The notes under the pieces are model-generated. The model had not been told where the DNA came from. It searched no databases and worked only from the letters and a program-made list of their open reading frames with translations. DNA of 63,265 nucleotides, counting the filler, from Chrysochromulina tobinii (Eukaryota): NCBI GenBank assembly GCA_001275005.1. It is 11 parts of 11 records of this genome, joined end to end, with 100 filler letters (N's around TTAATTAATTAA, not from the genome) between each part and the next. Parts side by side here need not be neighbours in the genome. Positions count along the whole stretch, not along the records: positions 46,965 to 49,313 come from JWZX01000439.1; positions 49,414 to 57,829 come from JWZX01000440.1; positions 57,930 to 59,638 come from JWZX01000443.1; 8 more parts are not named here. One strand, 5' to 3'. The first letter of the stretch is position 1. Every line of letters begins with the position of its first letter. Shown here piece by piece: positions 48,389 to 59,738 of the stretch. A program made the position numbers and the translations under genes.

Positions 48389-48846
48389 CGCACGCACATG
48401 CATGTGGGGCCGCGTTCGGCATGCGTGGCGTTTCCGGAATGCCTCGCGTGAGCGGCCGCGCGCATGGTTGAGAGGAGAAGGGGCATGCGGCTTGAGAGGG
48501 GGAGGCACGCGTTCTGAGTGGTGCGGGGCGGGGCGCTGCACTCCCGACCCCCTGGCCGCCTCCCGAAGCGACCACGTCCACAGGTCCATGAAAAGGGGCT
48601 CGTCCCTAGGCGCAAGGGCTTTTGCATCCAGGCCTCGATCTCGGCTGGTCTAGTCGAGCTGCAGCTTGGCTCCTCCCAGAAGCGCGATCGGGATTCCTAT
48701 GGCCATGCGCAGCGTTCTGTCGGTACATCGCATGCATGTTCGCACGATAGGGCTCCCGTCGCACGCACATACATGTGGGGCCGCGTTCGGCATGCGCGGC
48801 GTTTCCGGAATGCCTCGTGTGAACGGCCGCGCATGCCGCATGGTTG
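48389..48846. repeat. About 80-bp direct repeat (48389-48470 and 48760-48846)
   Basis: CGCACGCACAT.CATGTGGGGCCGCGTTCGGCATGCG.GGCGTTTCCGGAATGCCTCG.GTGA occurs twice. Confidence 0.8.
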
Positions 48847-49413
48847 TGCTGGAGGGAGTGGAAAAAAGAGGGTGGACTTGCATTCGAGGTGTACTAAGGA
48901 AGACTTGTCCTCTTCGTCGAAAGTTACAGGAACGCACACGTCACTCAGTCGGTTTCGTTCTACCATGGTAGGTCCAGACCAAAAATGGGGCCCCCCGATG
49001 GCCCGAAGCGCTCCGGCCGCTTCAAAAGAGGGCGGCCGAGGCGCTGGGCCCCATCAAGCCGGCGGCGGCCACGGAAGGCGACGACGAGCACGCGGCCAAG
49101 CTGCCCGAGGCGCTCAAGACATTCAAGACACTGGCCAAGACCGAAGCCATCGAGGCAGCGTGCGGCCGGCTGCACGAGCTCGAGCTGAACGTGGCGCGCG
49201 CCCCAGACTCCGAGGAGGCCGTCGGCGCGCTGGGTGCGCAGCTCGTCGTGGTGGATCAGGTGATGGCCACCGAGATTAAAAAGCGCACCGAGGGCGTGAG
49301 CGAGGAGGCGGCGNNNNNNNNNNNNNNNNNNNNNNNNNNNNNNNNNNNNNNNNNNNNTTAATTAATTAANNNNNNNNNNNNNNNNNNNNNNNNNNNNNNN
49401 NNNNNNNNNNNNN

Positions 49414-49726
49414 CGGCTCCGGTTGCGTGTACGAGGTCGACCCTCGCGCCGCCGCCCCGGGCGCCTATCTGCTGCGCGCCGAGCCCAACACGACGCTGGT
49501 TGAGCTGCTCGCCCAACAGCTCGATCCCGCCATATTTGGCGAGGTGGTCTCCTTTAGTAGCTTCGCCGAGACGCTTCTGACCATCGACCCCGACGGACGC
49601 CCGACTGCGGCGGAGGCGCTGCAGCACCCGTGGATGGCCTTGTATGGTCGTCTTTCCCCGATCGATCCCCCGATCGTGCGTGTGACGCCCGCGTCTTCGG
49701 ACGAGGTCCCTCTGACGGCGAGATAG
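49414..49726 (+). CDS. C-terminal fragment of a Ser/Thr protein kinase
   Basis: Subdomain XI motif FAETLLTIDPDGRPTAAEALQHPW. Confidence 0.7.
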
Positions 49727-50833
49727 CCACGAGGCGATGGAGGTGGCGGTGATGGCGGTGGCGGCGATGGCTGTGGGGGCGACGGCGAAGGCGGCCAGGG
49801 CGGTGGTGGAAAAGGTGGGGGAGGCACGGACGTCGCGCGCATCGAACTGGCGACGAGTGTCTCTGACGAATCTCAGCCCCGAGATAGCCCCGAGATTCGC
49901 GCGCATCGAACTGGCGACGAGTGAGTGCCGTCGCGGCATGGTGGCATGGACCTCTCATTGAAAGTGGCGCTGAGTGAGTGCCATCGCGACAGGGTGGCAC
50001 GGAGTTGAAAGTGGCGCACACCGTGCAGGTGTACAACTCGGTGCAGTTGTACAGTCTCGGTGCCGTGCAGGTGTACAACAGTGCGGACTGCGGTGTGCCC
50101 GATCGGAGCGACCTCGGTACACTTAGGTCCCGAGCGGTATGTAAAAGGTGTACAACAGTGCGGTGTGTCAGTAGAGCGACCTCGTGGACTGTGAGGTCCT
50201 GACATAGTCCCTAAGAGGTGCTGCTACCGTCGACTGTGCAGGCCGAGCGTCTTCTCGTGCATGCATCGATGGGTTTTTCTCGTTCAAAGGTAGCGTTGGG
50301 TTGGAGGAGGCCGTTGATGAACCATGCGTTGAACAGCGCCAGCCGCCACGCGCTCGCCCACCACTCGGTCCCGGTTTGGCCACCGTTCCAGGCGCGAGGT
50401 GTAGCGTTCCACCGAGATCTGAGTCCGACGGGGCCGCGGCATTGTTTCCGCATTCCGGCACCTGGCCTGTTTGGGTTCGATGTCGTGGCGCCGGGTAGCG
50501 GGTTGATCCTTCCGGGAGCGGGACTCGAGAACCGCGTGTGCAGACTGCAGTGCGGTTACCTGTGGCCGTCATGTAGCTTGTAGGGCTTACATGTTATTGC
50601 TCCCAAGAAATTACCCTAAGAGTGCGAGCGGACGACTACCTTAAGCCACGACGCAGTATAGCTTCAGTAAACCCCTGGTATACTGCGGAAGCGCCGTCCA
50701 ACATACACCCGACGTTTGCTGCGAAAGTACGAGGTAGCCCGGTACGTACTCGCGCGAGTGCCGCGAGAGCACAGGGGAGACTCTCTCAACTTTGAGCGTT
50801 CAAAGGCACAGAGACTGAGACAGAGGACGCGTC

Positions 50834-52700
50834 TCAAATTTTGAGCTCGCGTGCGCTACCGCCGCCATGACTGAGTCGGTTGAACCAGCTGGTGGGGGGC
50901 TTGCGCTCCTCGCCCTCTGGCCGTCCGGGTGTCTCTCGGATGCTGTCGATGATGTCCGTGCCGTCCTCCTCAATGGTCGGCTCACTCAGCTCCTGCGCGG
51001 CCATCACCTGTGCAAGCAGCAGAGACGGTCGGGTCGACACGCTGATGAGAGAGGATTGCCATTCCGGTCGGACTCAGCGGCTCATTAGGAGCTCATAAGT
51101 AGCTCATAAGTAGCTCATCAGTAGCTCATCAGTAGCTCATCAGTAGCTCATCAGTGGCGCTCGCACCTGTAGCCGGCTGAGGAGGTAGATGAGATTGCCA
51201 CCCAGGGCGAGGATCAGCCCCAGCAGACACGCGGGTCGCGTCGTATCCCCCATGCAAAGCGCCGCGAAGATGACGATCGCCACCTGGGATCACGGAGCGT
51301 CGTACCGAGCACGCGACTCAGTGGGTAACTTGTGAGAGTTCATCATCATGCAATCAACATCGCCATGCAATCAGCATGCAATCAGCATGCGATCTGCATA
51401 CAAGCACGCCCTCAGCATGCAAGCACGCACCTTGGAGAGGAACGTCGTCCCGAGCACAAACGAGGCCGAGACGGCCTTCGCGAGTTGCAAGCCCATGTAG
51501 TGGTACAAAGAGTTGAGGAAGGCGGTGCACAGCGTATACACGATCTCGGCGCGCCGGATATGCGGAATCGCGTGGTATCCGAAGAGCCAGAGCTCGTACC
51601 TGTCGAATGCGTGATCATGGTGCTTAAAAGTCTGTGTGGCATTCCGTGGTCATCTGTGGCCATCAGTGGCAGTCCGTGGCATTCCGTGGTCATCAGTGGC
51701 AATCAGCGCGCACGAGAGGACGAGCACCATCGCCGCGACTGATGAGGGAGGTCATCAGAGTGTCATCAGTGGCAATCAGCGCGCACGAGAGGACGAGCAC
51801 CATCGCCGCGACGAAGCCGACCGCGTTGTTGACGAAGACCATCGCTTGCAATGAAAGCACGATCGGCTCCTTGGGATTCGTCAATAGATGCCGCTTGAGG
51901 ACCCCTTCCCACACCATCAGCAGCATCGAGAGGATCGTCAATAAGGTGCCTAGCCAGTCGTACAGGTAGTCGGCCGCCGCGTAGATCATCACGCCGAGAA
52001 CAAGGAAGATGAGCCCGATGATACTCAGGCAGGAGGTGCGATAGAGGACGTCGGGCAGCACGAACTGGCAGACCATACCACAACGTGGTCAAATGCATTG
52101 CACTCGGATGTATCGGACCGCAATCAGATGCAATCAGATGCAATCAGGTGCAATCAGGTGCAATCAGGTGCAATCGGGTGCAATCGGGTGCAATCGGATG
52201 CAATCAGGTGCAAACAATCACATCCCCCGCACCTGCTCGACAACCATCGTGAACATCGGCGTGAGCTGTCGCCACACGATGACGTTCGTCACTGAGGTCC
52301 GGTGCAGGGCCTCCAGCAGCAACAGGTACGCTCCCGAGTGCAGCATAGCTGCGGGGAGCCATCGCCTCACATCATCGCTCGAGCCGACTCGGATGCCTAA
52401 TTAGGCAAGATTGGAGGGTGATATTAGGCGAGATTGGAGGCGAGATTGGTGTGATGAGGTGAGCGACGCGGGAAAGGCATTCGATCAAACGCAAGCAATC
52501 GCAATCAATCGCAATCAAAGGCCCATCGGAGTCGAGCGCCAAGACGGGCGCTTACCCTTCCAGCTGCGTACTCCGCAGCATGCGAGACCACACGAAGCCT
52601 CTGGCGAACAGCAGCCTCCCCTGTTGCCGCTCTCCTCGAGCTTTTCGTACGCGTCGACGCCGGCGTCGCCGCCGCCGCCGCCGCCACTGCCGCCGCCACT

Positions 52701-52736
<36 letters not shown>

Positions 52737-54563
52737 TCCGCCACCTCCGCTGCGGCTACCACTGGCGCCGCTCCGGCCGTCGCGGGGTGCCCTTGCCTTC
52801 TTGGCGTCCTTCACCCTCTCCTCTTCGCCTTTCGAACCGTTCAAGCACGAGCATGGGTTGCGACAGCACTCGTAGAGGGCCGACGTGATGGCAACACTTG
52901 CCTGGGAGTGGCAACAGGCGGCGAGCGCGCCGTTGACGATGAGCAACGTGATGCACGAGGCGCCCATCTGAACAACGCGGAGCGATGGCGGGAAGGCGGC
53001 TCAGCGGTGGCGGGAAGGCGGGAGCACGGGATTAGTGTTGCCATCCGTCGTGTTCACTTTAGTATCAGATCAGAGGAGACCCTCAGAGGCCATCAAGGGA
53101 TCCACGCGAGATCGCACCTCGCTCAATCAGAGGTCATCAGAGACTCTCGCGGGCGGCAACCGCGGCCAATCAAATAAAATCCGAAGCCATCAAGAGCAAG
53201 CCCCAGCAATCACATGCAATCAGAGGCCCTCGCACAGCACCTGGACGGCTGCAACGAAGGCGGGCAGCGGGATCGCACGCAGGATGAGCTTATTGAACAC
53301 GATGGTCGTGAACGAGCATAGCATGTACGCCGCCGCGGTGGAGAGAACATTGGAGGCATGGCGCATGTTCTCTGAGATGCAACCTCCCGCCTTGAGCTCC
53401 TTGAGATTGAGCATCCAATTATGGATGAAGAAGAGGAGGAGGGCGATGCCCGCCAAAAGGATGGGTAGCCAGTACTCGTGGATCAAATGAACCTGAGAGC
53501 CATCAGAGGCCATCAGAGCCATCAGAGGGGCGATCGAAGGCCATCAGAGGGGTCAGAGGCCATCAGAGGGGTCATCAGAGGCCATCAGAGGGGTCATCAG
53601 AGCCCATCGTGGCGGCTCACCTGAGCTACTAGTGCACAGTTACGGGAATCTACCCATGCATCCCCAACCTTACGCACCGTCAAGGTGCCGAAGGTGCAGT
53701 ATTCATACGGAGCGGGCGGCGGCGACGCCACTGGCGTCGGGGGGGGCGAGAAGTTGGAAACGAGCTCCATATGGTAATCACCCTCGATACCTGATGAGGC
53801 AGGCAATCAGAGGTCATCAGAGGTCATCAGAGGTCATCAGAGCTCCATATGGTAATCACCATCGATACCTGGGTCGGTGTCGATGAGAGGAGCGAAGTCG
53901 GGATCGGCGGCGGGAGTGGCGGCCGGAGCGGCGGCGGGGTCGGCGTCCGGGTCTGTGGCGGGAGTCGTGGCGAGAGTGGCGGCGGCGGCGGCGGGCGGGG
54001 GCGGAGAAGATGAAGTGTGGGGAAGTCTGTGTAGTGCCCACCCTATGCTGCCGTGCGGCCGAAGCGACACGCACGGGCACGTGGCAGGGTGCGGGGCATG
54101 ATGCAGGGCAGCTCGACCGCATGAACTCTGGATTGCGTTCACACTCGCCCTGCGTGGCCCACAGGACGCACGGTACCTGCGGGTCATCTTCCCCAGCCTC
54201 GCAGTCGGGCACCTTGCGGAGCGTCTCGCAATCCGGACACTGCTTGCACGGCCTGTAGGTGCACGTTTCCTGCAGCGGCACCCCGGTCTCTGCGCACCAC
54301 GACTTACACTCGACTGTCGGTCCTAGTAGCTGCTGCTGCTTCACGTCATGTGCGGACTCCTGTTGCTGCTGCAATAACCGTCGCTCGGGCGAATGCGGAC
54401 GCTCCTCTTCCTCCTCCTGGAGGAGTAAGAGGCGGGCCTCCTTGCGGCCGACACGTGCCGTGTCCAGTTGCAGCGCCGAGGATGCGTCCGGCGAAAGTTG
54501 CCAGTGCGCCACAGCTCGGACAGACGAGGCCGCCAATAATAAAGTCACGGGCGGAATCCGCAT
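50834..54563 (-). CDS. Nucleotide-sugar transporter (TPT/GONST-like) with N-terminal signal peptide and ShKT domain, about 10 exons
   Basis: Introns 53791-53868, 53493-53620, 52968-53240, 52397-52555, 52065-52232, 51600-51786, 51284-51430 and 51008-51166 join in frame. Motifs YMLCSF..IVFNKLIL..P.P..VAAVQ, RWLP, IVWRQLTP..TM.VE and MVFVNN. ShKT-like C..WA..GECERNPEFM..SCPASC. The splice near 54030-54080 is unresolved. Confidence 0.75.
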
Positions 54564-54766
54564 CGTGACGACCATGGGCGGCGCACACATACGGAAGAGG
54601 GCAAAGGAGGCAACCCTTTCGCAGCCCTCGATACAAATATGGTAATTCTGACAAAATGGCAACTTTTTTGACGGTGTAGGACACGCTGCAGCGCGATGGA
54701 CTGCTTTCCCACATCCGAATAACAACTTCAAATAAAACGCTGTTCACGCAGGATCGGCGCGGCCCC

Positions 54767-55402
54767 ATGGCGGCCATCCTCTGCGTGGCTCTCGGCCTGA
54801 TGCCTTCGGCCACGACAAGGCAGATCTCGAGCAGACCGGTGCGGTTGGCAATGATGCCCCTTTTTCACCGGCAGGATTCGCTGCCGCCTTTGCAGGCGGC
54901 CACTCTCTCTGCCTCATCCAAACAGGGCCGAGCATTACCAGCACAGATGATAGCGGAGGTTGCGGCTGAGGCTCCTGCGTGGTACGCTGCCGGTCTGTTT
55001 GTCGATCCGAGAGTGGAGGGTATCCTGAGCTTCCCATTGGTCGCCAAGGACTTGGTCCTCTTGTACATGTATGGCCACGTTCCGATCGTCATGTACCTGC
55101 TCTGGTACCATGCGAAGAACGGCAGCTTGCAAAACGCGTGGCAGTTCGGGAGCAACGCGCCACGTGCGGCAGCAGGCGTCCCGAGCTCCAAGCCGAGCGC
55201 CTCGCGTCGGTCGCGGTCGCTGCGCATGATGGCGAAGCCGAAGAAAGAGAAACCAAATCAGGTATCTCCGGGCACACCTGGTTTCACACCCGGTTTCGTC
55301 TCCGAGCAAGGCTCGGCGTCGTACTACTTTACGTGGACCGTCGCTCTTGGCATCTACGCGCTCATGTTTGCTGGGATCGCGAAGCACGCCGCTGGTAACT
55401 GA
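54767..55402 (+). CDS. Small putative plastid-targeted membrane protein
   Basis: Hydrophobic start, transit-like RQISSRPVRLAMM, two hydrophobic segments. Confidence 0.55.
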   Translation: MAAILCVALGLMPSATTRQISSRPVRLAMMPLFHRQDSLPPLQAATLSASSKQGRALPAQMIAEVAAEAPAWYAAGLFVDPRVEGILSFPLVAKDLVLLYMYGHVPIVMYLLWYHAKNGSLQNAWQFGSNAPRAAAGVPSSKPSASRRSRSLRMMAKPKKEKPNQVSPGTPGFTPGFVSEQGSASYYFTWTVALGIYALMFAGIAKHAAGN

Positions 55403-55918
55403 TCTCCCCCACCACGCCTTCTGCGGATGGTCGAGTGGGCAGCACTCCACATGCTCATGCCTCGCCGCCAGCATCTTGGCTTTACACCTGTCACCTGTAC
55501 CTTCAACGCCGCGGCCCAGCGCCGGGGCCACCGACAGCTGTACTAGTATGTGCCCGGGTCGTGACCCACTCGACTGGCGGTGCTGGACAGTGCAGAGCGT
55601 TTGCTTGAGTATTCCGGCGTTAAATAACCGTTATCCGTTCGTAAACGCCCCGGGAGAAAAAAACAAAGAAGAACTTAACGGTCAACGCTGAAATCGGCCC
55701 ACTGGCTCTGGCTACTGCTCGTAGTCTCGTACAAGCTACATGTAGATTGTGTAGGGTCACAACCACAGACATACCGACCTTACGACATATAGGTCAACGA
55801 CCTGCGCAGCGCACATTTCCATTCGCGTCACATTGTTCAAGGCCGTAACAGCTAACAGCCTACCTGTGAAGACCTTTGGTACACATGCTCTGGAACCGCG
55901 GCTGCTGCTCCTCGAAAG

Positions 55919-56069
55919 GAGTGTAGCTATAGAGTAGATGAGGTCTTCTGGCATGCAGCGTGATCCGGAATTACTGACACTAAAATGGACTCTGCGGTGA
56001 GTGTAGCTATAGAGTAGATGAGGTCTTCTGGCATGCAGCGTGATCCGGAATTACTGACACTAAAATGGA
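55919..56069. repeat. 71-bp direct repeat with 80-nt period
   Basis: GAGTGTAGCTATAGAGTAGATGAGGTCTTCTGGCATGCAGCGTGATCCGGAATTACTGACACTAAAATGGA occurs twice. Confidence 0.92.
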
Positions 56070-56246
56070 ACATGCGGTTTGCGGAATCAGCTGGACTCCG
56101 GCATTTACACTTTCGGTAATCTCCGCGTGGATCTTTTAATCCCTTGGTACCCGGTAATCTCCGCGTTGGAATCAAATTAATCCCTGTCCTGTTTCACTGT
56201 TAACAAGAAAGTCCATTATAATCCCTTGGAAATCACCACAATCTCA

Positions 56247-57829
56247 ATGGGAGCCGAATGGGCAGACCAAACGCGCGGCGCGTCCGGCTCCCAAGGCTCC
56301 GGCATCGCGTACACGGGCGCGGGAGGTGCTCTCGTGACGGGCTACTTCAGCGGCGAGGCATCGTTCGGTTCGACATCCCTCACAAGCCGCGGCCGTTACG
56401 ACGCGTTCGTGATGCACGTGACGGCATCGGGCGCCATCGACTGGGCCATCCAAGCGGGCGGCACGTCTGATGATCGCGGCTTCGGCATTGCACACGATGG
56501 CGCGGGAGGTGCTTTCGTGACGGGCGACTTCAGCGGCGAGGCGTCGTTCGGTTCGACGTCCCTCACAAGCCGCGGCGTGCAGGACGCGTTCGTGATGCAC
56601 GTGACGGCATCGGGCGCCATCGACTGGGCCATCCAGGCGGGCGGCACGTCTTATGACGGCGGCTACGGCATCGCGCACGATGGCGCGGGAGGTGCTCTCG
56701 TGACGGGCTACTTCTACAGCGAGGCGTCGTTCGGCTCGACGTCCCTCACAAGCCGCGGCATGCAGGACGCGTTCGTGATGCACGTGACGGCGTCGGGCGC
56801 CATCGACTGGGTCGTCCAAGCGGGCGGCACGTCTTATGACGGCGGCTTCGGCATCGCGCACGATGGCGCGGGAGGTGCTCTCGTGACGGGCTACTTCAGC
56901 GGCGAGGCGTCGTTCGGCTCGACATCCCTCACAAGCCGCGGGGAGTACGACGCGTTCGTGATGCACGTGGCGGCGTCGGGCGCCATCGACTGGGCCGTCC
57001 AAGCAGGCGGCACGTCTTATGATCGCGGCTACGGCATCGCGCACGATGGCGCGGGCAGTGCTCTCGTGACGGGCTACTTCACCGGCGAGGCATCGTTCGG
57101 TTCGACGTCCCTCACAAGTTTCAAGGGATCAGCAACTTGCTTCGTTGCATCTCTCATTCCGCCGCCCCCCCTTCCACCCCTGCTTCCACGCCCGCCGCCA
57201 GCGCGTGATGCTAAGGCACCGCCACCAGGCTCTCCATCTCTCACTCCGCCGCCCCCCCTTCCACCCCTGCTTCCACGCCCGCCGCCAGCGCGTGATGCTA
57301 AGGCACCGCCACCAGGCTCTTCATGGACACCACCCTCGACAACAGCTACGCCTGACATGGTGGCGCCTCGCTTCGACGCGACGGCAGCCCTCACCTCCGC
57401 GATTGCACTTGCTCTTGCGCTGCTTTTGGCGTGCGGCTATCGCCGCTATCGCCGCCTGGCCGACAATTTTCGAGTGTCGCGTGACCGCGCCCAGCTCGAC
57501 CTGCACATACTCGAGCACCGCTTCATGCAGCACACATATCCGCAATGCGAGGACTTGCATGGAGCTCCGCGCCCGTCTGTATCGCCACCCAACTCGATCC
57601 CGCCCGGCCCTCCCTCCTCTAGTGGCAATAGTCATCGCGGCAGCAACGGCAGCGGTGCTGGGAGCGTGATCGACGAGGGGACACTCGCTGCCATCTTCAT
57701 GGCGCCCTCTCGGGAAGTGGGGCTGGCCAAGCTGCGCCCTTATCTCGACAGGGCTATGCCCAAGCAGAGCGCTGACAGCTTCGAGGTGTGCTGTGGGAAG
57801 CTGTACGTGCTCTCACGCGTGAGCAGCAA
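56247..57829 (+). CDS. Beta-propeller-repeat (SBBP-like) membrane protein, partial
   Basis: About five 60-aa repeats (GIAHDGAGGALVTGYFSGEASFGSTSLTSRG..DAFV), Pro-rich stalk, TM helix; runs into the gap. Confidence 0.8.
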
Positions 57830-58387
57830 NNNNNNNNNNNNNNNNNNNNNNNNNNNNNNNNNNNNNNNNNNNNTTAATTAATTAANNNNNNNNNNNNNNN
57901 NNNNNNNNNNNNNNNNNNNNNNNNNNNNNCCTCGCGGGGGCGGAAGCTGTGGCCGCGGTGTCCAATGCCGCTATGTACCTCGATCAATGTCGAGTCATAG
58001 CGGCAATAGGGCTCCGCATTGTGTGCTTGTGTGCAGCGGCCGGCCTTTGTTGGGCTGGCAGGCGCCGCCCGCGCTCGGTATGAAACCCATTATCTTCTCG
58101 TACATGATGGCTTAGCCCGGCCGAGCTGCCCGGCCCTTAGCGATGGCGCGATCGTTGGCAAACCTATCACTGTAGTACCTTTGAGTGTTTTCTCCACGCC
58201 ATAGGTATATACCTCCGTGCGTACCGGTTACTACGGTCTACGCCGTCAACACGGCGCGCGCCGACGCGGCTCGCGCGTGGGGACGGTGTGTCGGTGTCGC
58301 GAGCTCAGTTAACATGTCAGTTAAGGAAACCGCAAACCGGCTTTAAAAACCGCAGCCTCCACCTGGAGCATGGTCTCTCATGAGCTA

Positions 58388-58533
58388 GATAAGTAAGTAC
58401 GCGAAGTAAAACACGCCTGACGGCAGCGCACACGTGGCGAGGGGGGGTATCCACAGGCATACAAAGCGTGGCCGGGAGCCCGGGAGCGGGACGTGGTAAC
58501 CGAATACTGGGGCTGATGAAAGTCATCAGTCAA
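58388..58533 (-). mobile_element. Retroelement 3' end (truncated LINE or SINE tail) related to 61255-61384
   Basis: Shared TTGACTG.TG.CTTTCATCAG, CACGCTTTGTATGCCTG..CCCCTCGCCACGTGT.CGCTGCC and TTAC repeats. Confidence 0.75.
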
Positions 58534-59547
58534 TACTGTATACTCAGTGAAGGACTTATGGGGACCGGAGGACCGTTAAGGACCATATTTGACCCCGTCC
58601 TAAGAGGGCAGACCACCGCTATGGAGGACGTCTGAGTTGCAATCTGTTCTCGGCGATTTAGATCGCGCGCGCCGGCTTAAAAGTCTTGAAGAGGGGTACA
58701 GACTGTAAGTCGACAAGCGTCAAGCCCGCGCAAGGTTACACTACTTGCGGCTAACTCGCGGCGCTTCGCACACGAGACCACCCCGAAGGGCACGTTCCAC
58801 GGAAGATCCCACAGGGAAAGGAGACACGCGCGCCGGTACAACGCGACACACAGATGAAACGACAAGCGGAACGGCGGGGGGGATAGAGAAACGGTAAAAT
58901 AACGACGATTGGCTGTCTGGGTGGACTGTCGGCTCAGTCACTGTCGACCTGCTCGACACTGTGAGTCAGTCCCGAGAAGACCACCCTTTAAATCACAGCG
59001 ACCGACTTAGGTCATCGCCCACCTCGCACCTCCTACAACAGGTTTATAAGTTTATGGCATATCCAAAAACGTCACCCCCTTCGCGACGAAACATCGACCG
59101 ACGAAACGACCCCCAAACCCGACCGACCTCGGCCGCATCTCGGACGAAACCGCGTGCTTGCATATGGATCAGTATGTTTCCCGCACTTTGGAGTGTCAGG
59201 TGCGTCTGCCAGTGTCAGACTTATGATTCAGCGTCACAGTGCGCGACGGGCTTCGTCAAAGATTCGTCAGGGGTTCGTCAGTGTCATCAAAAATCTCGCG
59301 AAGCATATAGAGACCTGCCAAAGTGCCAATCCCAGTCGTGTCTGAATCGCCTCTCCAATCCAGACGGACTAGTGTGCACAGATGTAGCACAGATGGAGCG
59401 CAAAATATATGTTCTAATAGAAATGGGCAAATGGCTCGTCCCTTACTTGGCTGGTTCAGACCACATTTGCTGGTCTGTTCCATCCCAAAGTGGTTTGATC
59501 CAGTCCGCTGGTTCGGACCGCTTTGAGCTGGAACGGACCAGGAAAAG

Positions 59548-59617
59548 TGGTCTGAACCACCCCAAAGTGGTGTGAACCAGCCGCATGGTTCATACCACTT
59601 TGGGGTGGTTCAGACCA
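59548..59617. repeat. 32-bp inverted repeat with 6-nt loop
   Basis: TGGTCTGAACCACCCCAAAGTGGTGTGAACCA and its reverse complement with one mismatch; further TGGTTC.GACC motifs at 59452-59637. Confidence 0.9.
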
Positions 59618-59738
59618 AAATTTCTGGTTCGTACCAGGNNNNNNNNNNNNNNNNNNNNNNNNNNNNNNNNNNNNNNNNNNNNTTAATTAATTAANNNNNN
59701 NNNNNNNNNNNNNNNNNNNNNNNNNNNNNNNNNNNNNN

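Larger units (their letters stand above)
13169..59738. other. Ten artificial contig spacers (44N-TTAATTAATTAA-44N) at 13169-13268, 29962-30061, 33736-33835, 38684-38783, 42146-42245, 43811-43910, 46865-46964, 49314-49413, 57830-57929, 59639-59738
   Basis: Identical 100-nt structure each time; TTAATTAATTAA places stops in all six frames. Confidence 0.98.

Noticed and set aside
33836..49313. Defence-island-like clustering of RT, HET, lectin and LRR genes
   Set aside because: Each lies on a separate contig joined by artificial spacers; linkage is unsupported.
58961..59575. 204-aa ORF on contig 10
   Set aside because: No recognisable motifs, atypical composition, overlaps repeat-like DNA.
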